Assembly: GCA_023391105.1 (NCBI GenBank)
Contig: JAEWBO010000033.1
Coordinates: 2,471-66,470 of the forward strand
Source: Bacillota bacterium
GTDB lineage: Bacteria; Bacillota; Clostridia; Christensenellales; SZUA-584
Direction: 5' to 3'
Length of the DNA stretch: 64,000 bases
The translations under genes and the position numbers were made by a program. Below are positions 53,787 through 61,980 of this stretch, piece after piece. The notes beneath the pieces are model-generated. The model ran no database searches, was not told where the DNA came from, and saw only the letters and a program-made list of their open reading frames with translations. The number at the start of each line of letters is the position of its first letter. Position 1 is the first letter of the stretch.

Positions 53787-54956
53787 ATGTATAAAGTAAA
53801 AAAACTCAATGCGATTTCTAATGTGGTCTATGAGTATTTGATACCGGATAAATATGAGGTCAGCGAAGATGCCGAGAATTATGACGCGATTCTCGTAAGA
53901 AGCGCTAAATGCCACGATCTTGACATGCCGGAGAACCTTCTTGCGATTGCGAGAGCAGGCGCAGGCGTTAACAACATCCCTGTGGATGAATGCGCCAAGA
54001 AGGGTATTGTGGTGTTTAACACGCCGGGCGCAAACGCCAACGGCGTGAAAGAGCTTGTCCTTGCGGGCATGCTGATGGCGAGCCGCCACATTATTGAAGC
54101 CAATGAGTGGGTGAAGACGCTTAAAGGCAAGGGCGATGAGGTGCTCTCGCTCGTGGAAAAGGGCAAAAAGCAGTTTGTGGGGCCGGAGATTGCGGGCAAA
54201 AAGCTAGGCGTCATAGGGCTTGGCGCGATCGGCGTGATGGTGGCCAACGCGGCGCGTTCGCTCGGCATGCACGTAATCGGTTACGACCCGTATATATCCA
54301 TTGAGTCTGCTTGGGGACTTGACCATGATATACAGCGTGCGATAAACCTCGAAACCGTGCTCTCAAATGCAGATTATATCACATTGCATATTCCGCTCAT
54401 GGATCAGACAAAGAGCTTTATCGGAGAAGCTGAGATCGCCAAAATGAAGGAAAACGTGGTATTGCTGAACTTTGCGCGAAATGGTCTCATCGATTACGAC
54501 GCACTCTACGATGCGCTTGACAATTGCAGAATCAGACGCTATGTGACCGACTTCCCCAATGAAAAGCTGCTCAATTACGACAACGTGATTGGCATTCCGC
54601 ATCTTGGCGCGTCTACACCCGAATCTGAGGAGAACTGCGCCGTGATGGCAGCGACACAATTACGAGACTACTTGGAAACGGGCAGGATTGAAAACTCGGT
54701 GAATATGCCCGCCGCCGTATTGCCGTTTACAGGCAGATTCCGCATTGCTGTGATACATAAAAATGTGACAGGCATGGTCGGACAGATCACTGCGTTGTTG
54801 GCGGAGACGGGCGCGAACATCACGGATATGGTCAACAAATCTAAAGGAGAGATTGCGTACACATTGATCAATCTCGACGAAAAGGTAGACAGTGCGACCA
54901 TTGAAAAGATTAAGGGCATTACCAGCGTGATTCGCGTACGTTCATTTGAAAAATAA
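53787..54956 (+). CDS. serA: D-3-phosphoglycerate dehydrogenase with a C-terminal ACT domain
   Basis: GVIGLGAIG Rossmann motif and the 2-hydroxyacid dehydrogenase catalytic region. ATG follows AAGGAG. Adjacent to serC. Confidence 0.85.
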   Translation: MYKVKKLNAISNVVYEYLIPDKYEVSEDAENYDAILVRSAKCHDLDMPENLLAIARAGAGVNNIPVDECAKKGIVVFNTPGANANGVKELVLAGMLMASRHIIEANEWVKTLKGKGDEVLSLVEKGKKQFVGPEIAGKKLGVIGLGAIGVMVANAARSLGMHVIGYDPYISIESAWGLDHDIQRAINLETVLSNADYITLHIPLMDQTKSFIGEAEIAKMKENVVLLNFARNGLIDYDALYDALDNCRIRRYVTDFPNEKLLNYDNVIGIPHLGASTPESEENCAVMAATQLRDYLETGRIENSVNMPAAVLPFTGRFRIAVIHKNVTGMVGQITALLAETGANITDMVNKSKGEIAYTLINLDEKVDSATIEKIKGITSVIRVRSFEK

Positions 54957-54977
54957 CCAAGGAAGAAGAGGACAGAT

Positions 54978-55481
54978 ATGGTCATCATTGAAATGGCAGA
55001 CGGAAAGAAGATAAAGATTGAAATGCTCTGTGAGCATGCGCCAAACACGGTGGACAACTTTAAGAGCCTTGTATCCAAGGGCTTTTATAACGGTTTGATA
55101 TTCCATCGCGTAATCAGCGGCTTTATGATACAGGGCGGCTGCCCCAGCGGCAGCGGCACAGGCGGCCCGGGTTACGCGATTAAGGGTGAGTTTGCGGCCA
55201 ACGGCGTAGATAACACATTGAGCCACAAGCGCGGTGTGGTGTCGATGGCGCGCTCGGCGGCGCATAACTCGGCAGGCTCGCAGTTTTTCATCGTGCATGA
55301 GGACGCGACGTTCCTTGACAAACAGTACGCGGCGTTTGGTCGCGTGGTGGAGGGAATGGACGTGGTGGACGCGATTGCGGCCACAGCCACAGACGCTTCC
55401 GACAGGCCAAAAGAGCCGCAGGTGATGAAAAGCGTGACACTCACCGAAGACGAAACGGTCACAGAGCCTGAAAAAATGTAA
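54978..55481 (+). CDS. ppiB: Cyclophilin-type peptidyl-prolyl cis-trans isomerase
   Basis: FHRVISGFMIQGG and SQFFIV motifs. Confidence 0.9.
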   Translation: MVIIEMADGKKIKIEMLCEHAPNTVDNFKSLVSKGFYNGLIFHRVISGFMIQGGCPSGSGTGGPGYAIKGEFAANGVDNTLSHKRGVVSMARSAAHNSAGSQFFIVHEDATFLDKQYAAFGRVVEGMDVVDAIAATATDASDRPKEPQVMKSVTLTEDETVTEPEKM

Positions 55482-55484
55482 TGT

Positions 55485-55523
55485 AAAAATCCCCGCAGAA
55501 AAAAAGTCTTCGGGGATTTTTTG
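55485..55523 (+). terminator. Intrinsic terminator after ppiB
   Basis: AAAAATCCCCG / CGGGGATTTTT stem plus a T-run. Confidence 0.8.
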
Positions 55524-55629
55524 TATCATATATTAAGTAGAAAACAGTTCTCTAATAATTCGCTGGTGCTGTATCGTTTCACTGAGGATTAATTAGTAAA
55601 AACACCGTCAGTTATTTTCTTGTGGGTTT

Positions 55630-55651
55630 CCAAAGGGGCAGACCCCTTTGG
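55630..55651 (-). terminator. Perfect 9-bp stem-loop downstream of ychF (no U-tract)
   Basis: CCAAAGGGG CAGA CCCCTTTGG. Lacks a T-run on either strand, so a terminator role is uncertain. Confidence 0.35.
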
Positions 55652-55679
55652 CGGGGATTTGGCCCCCAAAAAGATCGTA

Positions 55680-56780
55680 TTAGACGTTAAACTTAAATAA
55701 AGTGACGTCTCCGTCCTGCATCACGTATTCCTTGCCCTCCTGCCGTACAAGCCCTTTGGCCTTGGCGGCTGCCATGTCACCGCATGCTTTCAGGTCGTCG
55801 AACGCGACGATCTCGGCCCGGATAAAGCCGCGCTCAAAATCGCTGTGTATTTTGCCCGCTGCGCCGGGCGCTTTGGTGCCGCGCGCAATTGTCCATGCAC
55901 GCACTTCCTTTTCACCTGCCGTCAAATAGCTGATAAGGTTCAACAGCTTATAGCTTTTCTGTACGAGCGCATTGAGGCCGCTTTGTGCGATGCCAAGCTC
56001 CTCCAAAAACATTTGCCGTTCCTCGGCTGAGAGCGTGGAAAGCTCTTCCTCGAGCTTGGCGCATATCACCATCACCTCGGCACCCTGTGTTTTCGCGAGC
56101 TCGACCAGTGCGGCCACTTGGGGCAACGCGTAAGGGTCGGTGCTGGAAGAATCGTCTTCCGATATATTGGCGGCATAAAGCATGGGTTTATCCGTCAACA
56201 GAAACAGCTCGCTCACCAGTGCACGCTGCGCCTCGTCCAGTTCCATGCCGGCCACGAAAATACCTTTTTCAAGGTTTTCCTTAACGAAGCTTAGCGTATC
56301 ACACTCAAATACGTATTTCTTATCGCCGGATTTCTTCATTTTTTCGCTGCGCGTAAGGCGCTTGTCCACGGTTTCAATGTCCGCGAAGATCAGCTCAAAG
56401 TTGATGGTTTCCGCATCCCGTGAGCTGCCGATGCTGCCGTCCACATGCGTCACGTCGTCATCCTCAAAGCAGCGTACCACATGCAGTATCGCGTCCACCT
56501 CGCGGATGTGCGCCAAAAATTTATTGCCAAGGCCCTCGCCGCGGCTGGCACCCTTCACGAGCCCCGCGATATCCACAAACTCAATCACAGCGGGTGTGAA
56601 TTTGGCCGGATGGTAAAGCTCTGCCAAAAAGTCCATGCGTTTATCGGGGACGGACACAACGCCCACGTTGGGATCTATGGTGCAAAAGGGATAGTTTTCG
56701 CTGGCTGCGCCCGCGCCTGTGAGCGCGTTGAACAGCGATGATTTGCCCACGTTGGGCAGCCCGACAATGCCAAGTTTCAT
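55680..56780 (-). CDS. ychF: Ribosome-binding ATPase YchF
   Basis: GLPNVGKSSLFNALT P-loop and a TGS-like C-terminus. Confidence 0.95.
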   Translation of the reverse strand: MKLGIVGLPNVGKSSLFNALTGAGAASENYPFCTIDPNVGVVSVPDKRMDFLAELYHPAKFTPAVIEFVDIAGLVKGASRGEGLGNKFLAHIREVDAILHVVRCFEDDDVTHVDGSIGSSRDAETINFELIFADIETVDKRLTRSEKMKKSGDKKYVFECDTLSFVKENLEKGIFVAGMELDEAQRALVSELFLLTDKPMLYAANISEDDSSSTDPYALPQVAALVELAKTQGAEVMVICAKLEEELSTLSAEERQMFLEELGIAQSGLNALVQKSYKLLNLISYLTAGEKEVRAWTIARGTKAPGAAGKIHSDFERGFIRAEIVAFDDLKACGDMAAAKAKGLVRQEGKEYVMQDGDVTLFKFNV

Positions 56781-56993
56781 GTTGACTCCTCAATATCATA
56801 TATTCACGTCATTATAGCGCCCGCAGAATGTAAAATCAACAAAATGCATTTTTGCCGGATTATTTGCGCATATATTCTAGCAGGAGTCACCTTTGCTGGA
56901 TAAAATTGCGGTTGTGAAACGTATCAATTGGGTGTAAAATATTTTAATATAAATTTTCATGAACGGGCGTTGGGGCGCAATGGGGAGGCAAAC

Positions 56994-58154
56994 GTGTCAA
57001 AGACGATACAGGAGATAAACGAAAAGCTTAAAAAGGGCAAGGCTGTGGTATTTACCGCGGAGGAAGCGGTAAAGATGGCCAAGGAGCAGGGCGTTGCGGC
57101 ATGCGCGAAGAAGATCGATGTGGTGACGGCGGCCACGTTCGGCGCGATGTGTTCGTCGGGCGCGGTCTTGAATTTCGGACACAGTGAGCCGCCCATCCGT
57201 ATGGCGGAGATCTCGCTTAACGGCGTGGAGGCATACGGCGGGCTTGCGGCCGTGGATACCTTCATCGGTGCGACGCAGCCCGGAAAGAATACGGGTATCG
57301 AATACGGCGGTGCGCATGTGATCGAAGACCTCGTTGCGGGCAAAGAGGTGGAGCTTGTGGCGCGCTCGGGCGGTACTGATTGTTATTCGCGCAAGGATAT
57401 AAAGACAAATATTTCGCTTGCGGATATGAATCAGGCGTATATTTTCAATCCGCGCAACGCGTATCAAAACTATTCCGCGGCGACCAACACAACCAAGAAG
57501 ACAAAACGCACCTATATGGGCACGCTGCTTCCAAACATGGGCAACGTCACGTATACCACGGCGGGCGAAATGTCCCCGCTGCTTAAAGATCCGAAGCTTC
57601 GCACTATTGGCATCGGCACGCGCATACTGCTGTGCGGCGGAGAAGGGTATGTCGTGTTTGAAGGCACGCAGGCGGTCAACAAAGCGATGGAACTGCCCGG
57701 CGGTGATATGCATTATGCGGGTTATACGCTGTCGGTGATGGGCGACATGAAGGGCATGAAGAGCGAATACATTAAGGCCGCCACCTTTGACGGTTACGGG
57801 GTATCGCTGTACGTGGGCATCGGTGTACCGATTCCGGTGATCGATGAAGACATGATGGCTGATCTCGCCGTGTCTAATGAGAAGCTCTATACCTATGTGT
57901 ACGATTACGGCTTCAGCAGTCGCTCTCGCGAGGAATTAAAGCTTGTGAGCTATGCGGAACTGCGATCGGGTCAGGTGGAGATCAACGGCAAAAAGATCAA
58001 GACGGCACCGTTATCGAGTTTGCTTAAGGCCCGCAAGATCGCGGGAGAGCTAAAGGAAAAGCTGCTTGACGGCAGCTTTGAAATGACGCAGCCGGCAGCG
58101 ATGCTGCCGCACAGAGACAGCATCAATGTGCTGAATATAAGAGGGGATAAGTGA
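56994..58154 (+). CDS. COG1900/DUF39 homocysteine-biosynthesis-type protein
   Basis: N-terminus SKTIQEINEKLKKGKAVVFTAEE is typical of DUF39. GTG 56994 lies 5 nt after GGGGAGG. Followed at 1-nt spacing by the NIL-ferredoxin gene. Confidence 0.7.
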   Translation: MSKTIQEINEKLKKGKAVVFTAEEAVKMAKEQGVAACAKKIDVVTAATFGAMCSSGAVLNFGHSEPPIRMAEISLNGVEAYGGLAAVDTFIGATQPGKNTGIEYGGAHVIEDLVAGKEVELVARSGGTDCYSRKDIKTNISLADMNQAYIFNPRNAYQNYSAATNTTKKTKRTYMGTLLPNMGNVTYTTAGEMSPLLKDPKLRTIGIGTRILLCGGEGYVVFEGTQAVNKAMELPGGDMHYAGYTLSVMGDMKGMKSEYIKAATFDGYGVSLYVGIGVPIPVIDEDMMADLAVSNEKLYTYVYDYGFSSRSREELKLVSYAELRSGQVEINGKKIKTAPLSSLLKARKIAGELKEKLLDGSFEMTQPAAMLPHRDSINVLNIRGDK

Positions 58155-58155
58155 C

Positions 58156-58578
58156 ATGGAAAACAAGCGCATAAAAATCGGGCTCATGTTTCCGCCCGAA
58201 AAAACCGATAAGCCCATTGTCACAAATCTTGTGAAATACGGCCTTACCTTCAATATATTAAGGGCGTATATTTCGCCGGGTAAAACGGGTAACATTATAC
58301 TCGAAATATCCGGCAGCGACGAGAATCTCAAACAAAGCCTTGATTATCTTGAGAATGAGGGCATTGAGGTCAACATTTATACGGACAGCGTCATTCGCTA
58401 CGAGGAAAAATGCATGCACTGCGGCGCATGCACATCCGTCTGTCCGTCCGGAGCGCTCGTGATGAACAGGGAAACCTGGGAGCTGGAGTTTACAATGGAC
58501 AAATGCCTGCTGTGCGGGCATTGCGTAAGGGCGTGTCCCGCGCGTGCGATAAAAAGCTTTGACGAAGCCATACTCTGA
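58156..58578 (+). CDS. NIL-domain protein fused to a 2x[4Fe-4S] ferredoxin
   Basis: N-terminal NIL-like domain, then CMHCGACTSVCP and CLLCGHCVRACP cluster motifs. Confidence 0.8.
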   Translation: MENKRIKIGLMFPPEKTDKPIVTNLVKYGLTFNILRAYISPGKTGNIILEISGSDENLKQSLDYLENEGIEVNIYTDSVIRYEEKCMHCGACTSVCPSGALVMNRETWELEFTMDKCLLCGHCVRACPARAIKSFDEAIL

Positions 58579-59302
58579 TTTTTCTAATCGGGATGAATAC
58601 CGGCGCGTGATCGCCGCAGACATGCCGTGCTGGCGGTTGCAGCATTTTGAGACCGAGCTGTTTATCTGCGCGGACGGGCTTCATGCAGATGCGGCGGCAG
58701 AAGCCGTAAGCTTGCTGCGCTCAGAGCTGGATGCGTATATTGCGGCGAACCCGCTTTTTTTAAAAAGCCTTAAACCTGTTGAGCCGGAAGAGGGCGCGCC
58801 TGATGCGGTTAAGGCGATGTGCCGCGCGGCAAAATATGCGGGCGTGGGGCCCATGGCGGCGGTAGCGGGCGCGTTTTCGGCGCAAGTGGGGCGCCAGATT
58901 CTCAAGTTTTCAAAGCAGGTTATCGTTGAAAACGGCGGTGATATATTTATAAAGTCGGACAAGCCAAAAACGGTGGCGGTATTCGCAGGCAATAGCCCGT
59001 TGAGCCTTAAAGTCGGTATTATGGTGGATTCCCGGGAAATGCCGATGTCGGTTTGCACGTCGTCGGGCACGGTGGGGCCTTCTTTAAGCTTTGGGAAAGC
59101 CGATGCTGCGGTGGTGGTTTCGCCAGACGCGTATCTCGCAGATGCGTGTGCCACACGCCTCGGAAATGAGGTGAAATGCGCGGCGGATATTGAGCATGCG
59201 CTGGATGTGATCATACACATTCCGGGCGTGACCGGCGCCATGGCGATCGTGGATGATGTGTGCGGCGCTGTGGGCGATATCCGGCTGGAAACGCTCGGCT
59301 GA
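58559..59302 (+). CDS. UPF0280 / ApbE-like family protein
   Basis: GVGPMAAVAG, VENGGDIF and TSSGTVG motifs remembered from UPF0280. TTG start overlaps the previous gene by 20 nt, so the start is uncertain. Confidence 0.6.
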   Translation: MTKPYSDFSNRDEYRRVIAADMPCWRLQHFETELFICADGLHADAAAEAVSLLRSELDAYIAANPLFLKSLKPVEPEEGAPDAVKAMCRAAKYAGVGPMAAVAGAFSAQVGRQILKFSKQVIVENGGDIFIKSDKPKTVAVFAGNSPLSLKVGIMVDSREMPMSVCTSSGTVGPSLSFGKADAAVVVSPDAYLADACATRLGNEVKCAADIEHALDVIIHIPGVTGAMAIVDDVCGAVGDIRLETLG

Positions 59303-59370
59303 CAATAAAATGTTCTGTATCCTTGGTAAAACTGGATGGATTGGCGGTTGGTGGATAACGTCAAGGGGGT

Positions 59371-60192
59371 ATGAATATGAAGAGTATGATGCGAGGGCAG
59401 AAGAGGCGCCGAAGGCGACATGCCGTGCTCAGGATATGCTTTATTTCGATACCGGTTTTGGCAGTCATCACATGGCTGCTGTTTTTTAATGGCGGTGATA
59501 AGTTTCAGGTCACAAATAGGCCGACAGCTACCGCGCCGGTTGATTCAGTCGCGCCAACTCAAACGCCGACAGAATCGGTGCTTGGCGTATCGACAGCGGA
59601 AGTCACGCCGCAGAGCTCAATTGACAAAAATGACTGGCGGCTTATGCTCGTTAATACGCAGCACAGCTTGACAGACGGCTTTGAGGTTAAGCTGACGGAG
59701 CTGAAAAACGGGCACGCAATCGACGAGCGCTGTTATTCCGATCTCCAGCAGATGATGGATGACTGCCGTGCGGCAGGGCTTGATCCTTTAATATGCTCAT
59801 CGTATCGGTCGAAGGAAAAACAGCAAGAATTGTTTGACAACAAGGTGCTAAGGCTCAAAGAACAGGGGCTTTCAGAGGACGAGGCGCGTGAAAAAGCGGC
59901 AACGATTGTGGCTGTTCCGGGCACAAGCGAGCACCAAACGGGGTTGGCGCTTGATATCGTTGATATAAGCAATCAGAACTTGGACGAGTCTCAGGAAAGC
60001 ACGCCCGTTCAGCAGTGGCTGTTGAAAAACTGCTGGCAGTATGGTTTTATACTGAGATATCCGAAAGACAAAGTCGATATCACAGGTATTGTGTACGAAG
60101 CTTGGCATTACCGCTATGTGGGCAGGGAAGCTGCGCAGGCGATACAAGAGCAAGGTATTTGCTTGGAGGAGTATCTTGCGCAGGCGGAGTGA
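59371..60192 (+). CDS. VanY-type D-alanyl-D-alanine carboxypeptidase (peptidase M15B)
   Basis: N-terminal TM helix, SYRS, SEHQTGLALD and EAWHYRYVG zinc-site motifs. ATG 59377 is an alternative start. Confidence 0.85.
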   Translation: MNMKSMMRGQKRRRRRHAVLRICFISIPVLAVITWLLFFNGGDKFQVTNRPTATAPVDSVAPTQTPTESVLGVSTAEVTPQSSIDKNDWRLMLVNTQHSLTDGFEVKLTELKNGHAIDERCYSDLQQMMDDCRAAGLDPLICSSYRSKEKQQELFDNKVLRLKEQGLSEDEAREKAATIVAVPGTSEHQTGLALDIVDISNQNLDESQESTPVQQWLLKNCWQYGFILRYPKDKVDITGIVYEAWHYRYVGREAAQAIQEQGICLEEYLAQAE

Positions 60193-60266
60193 CATATTCG
60201 GAAGGAACGAGGGGTATGGTGTTACCATTGATTTTTTGCGTTTCTCGATGTAAAATATAGAATCAG

Positions 60267-61292
60267 ATGATAATAGATATACGGGATGAGTATTATAATC
60301 ATATAGAAGAAGCGGCCAAAGTCATAAAAAGCGGAGGCCTTGTCGGCATGCCGACCGAAACGGTCTATGGCCTTGCGGCCAGCGCGTTTGATGAACAGGC
60401 CGTGGCTGCGATATTTGAGATGAAGGGACGGCCGCAGGATAATCCCCTCATTGTGCATGTGGACGGGATACTCATGGCGCGAGAGCTGGGGCAGCTGTGC
60501 GAAAAAGCAGAAAGGCTTGCGGCTGAGTTCTGGCCGGGGCCGCTGACCATGGTGTTAAAGAGCACCGGGCGCGTGCCAAAATCTGTGAGCGCGGGTCTGG
60601 ATACATTGGCTCTGCGCATGCCGGACTGCGACGCGGCGCTGAGCCTGATATCGGCATCGGATGTGCCCGTTGCGGCACCCAGTGCGAACAAGTCCGGCAG
60701 TCCAAGCCCCACAACGGCGGCGCATGTGATGGCGGATTTTGGAGAGAGCCTCATGGTGCTGGACGCGGGGGAATGCCGCATCGGCCTTGAATCCACGGTC
60801 ATCGATATGACGCGCGACGTACCGATCATTTTGCGGCCCGGCGCAGTCACGCAGGAGATGATTGCGGAATGCATCGGCGAGGTGGACTGCGCAAACGCGT
60901 TTGCGCCTTTTGAGGGAGACCAACCCGCAGCGCCCGGTATGAAATATCGCCATTACGCGCCCAAGGCGGATGTGACAGTGGTGGAAGGAAGCCCCGCTTC
61001 GGTGACGGAGGCGGTCAAATACCTCTTTGACAAGGACTTGAAAAAGGGCGAGAAGCCGTTGGTGCTTGCGCTTCAGGAGAACAAAAGGTATTATGGACGG
61101 CGTGATCTTGTCGTGACGGGCAGCATCCGCGACGCGAGCGAGGCCGCAAAGAATATGTACGCATTGCTTCGCAAAGCGGATGATGAGGGCTACTCAAAGA
61201 TATACTTTGAAGCAGTACCAAAAACAGGAATTGGCTTTGCCGTGATGAACAGGATCTATAAAGCGGCAGCATATAATATCGTAAAGGTTTAG
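60267..61292 (+). CDS. tsaC: L-threonylcarbamoyladenylate synthase (Sua5/YwlC type)
   Basis: PTETVYGLAA and SANKSG motifs. 341 aa, including the Sua5 C-terminal domain. Confidence 0.9.
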   Translation: MIIDIRDEYYNHIEEAAKVIKSGGLVGMPTETVYGLAASAFDEQAVAAIFEMKGRPQDNPLIVHVDGILMARELGQLCEKAERLAAEFWPGPLTMVLKSTGRVPKSVSAGLDTLALRMPDCDAALSLISASDVPVAAPSANKSGSPSPTTAAHVMADFGESLMVLDAGECRIGLESTVIDMTRDVPIILRPGAVTQEMIAECIGEVDCANAFAPFEGDQPAAPGMKYRHYAPKADVTVVEGSPASVTEAVKYLFDKDLKKGEKPLVLALQENKRYYGRRDLVVTGSIRDASEAAKNMYALLRKADDEGYSKIYFEAVPKTGIGFAVMNRIYKAAAYNIVKV

Positions 61293-61307
61293 GAGGAGAA
61301 ATAAATA

Positions 61308-61787
61308 ATGAACGTTCTTTTTGTGTGTACAGGCAATACATGCAGAAGCCCCATGGCGGAAGAACTGGCGGATGATGCAGCGGGCCGAAGTACTCACTTA
61401 AAAGACATGTCGTTTCAATCGGCCGGCACGTTTGCCTGCGAGGGGACGCCTGCGTCGCCCGAAGCGATAGAGGTGATGGCCGAGGTTGATTTGGATATTG
61501 AAAAGCACCGTGCGCAGCAGTTTGACAGGGAGCTCGCGCAGTGGGCAGATATCATACTCGCGATGGAAGCAAGGCACATTGAAGAGATGGAAGCAATGGC
61601 GCCGGATCAGGAAGACAAGATGCATACGCTGCTGGGGTTTGCGGCGGGTGTTGACGGGTATCCCGGTGAATCGGGCTACGACATTATGGATCCGTACCGA
61701 GAACCAGTTGAGGAATATCGTCTCGCGCGCGATCAGATAATGGAGGCTGTCGGCCGTGCTTTGCAGCGTATGGAAAAAGAAAAATAA
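61308..61787 (+). CDS. Low-molecular-weight protein phosphatase (YwlE-like arginine/tyrosine phosphatase)
   Basis: CTGNTCRS (CX5R-S) P-loop and a DPY motif. The tsaC-ywlE adjacency matches Bacillus. Confidence 0.85.
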   Translation: MNVLFVCTGNTCRSPMAEELADDAAGRSTHLKDMSFQSAGTFACEGTPASPEAIEVMAEVDLDIEKHRAQQFDRELAQWADIILAMEARHIEEMEAMAPDQEDKMHTLLGFAAGVDGYPGESGYDIMDPYREPVEEYRLARDQIMEAVGRALQRMEKEK

Positions 61788-61803
61788 CAAAAGATCGATG
61801 GAC

Positions 61804-61833
61804 AGGCGGGGCAATTATGCGTCGCCTTTTTTT
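61804..61833 (+). terminator. Weak intrinsic terminator after the phosphatase gene
   Basis: AGGCG / CGCCT short stem followed by seven T residues. Confidence 0.45.
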
Positions 61834-61980
61834 ATGCCCACCCTCGAAAAATGGTGTTTTTTAGGACGAATTGGCGTTATCGCAGGCGTATATCCCACGG
61901 TTTGCACCCGCGGCGGCCCATGCCGTGACTTGTACATATCACTAAGTGCATAGTATAATACGCGTTGGGAGGATAGACCC

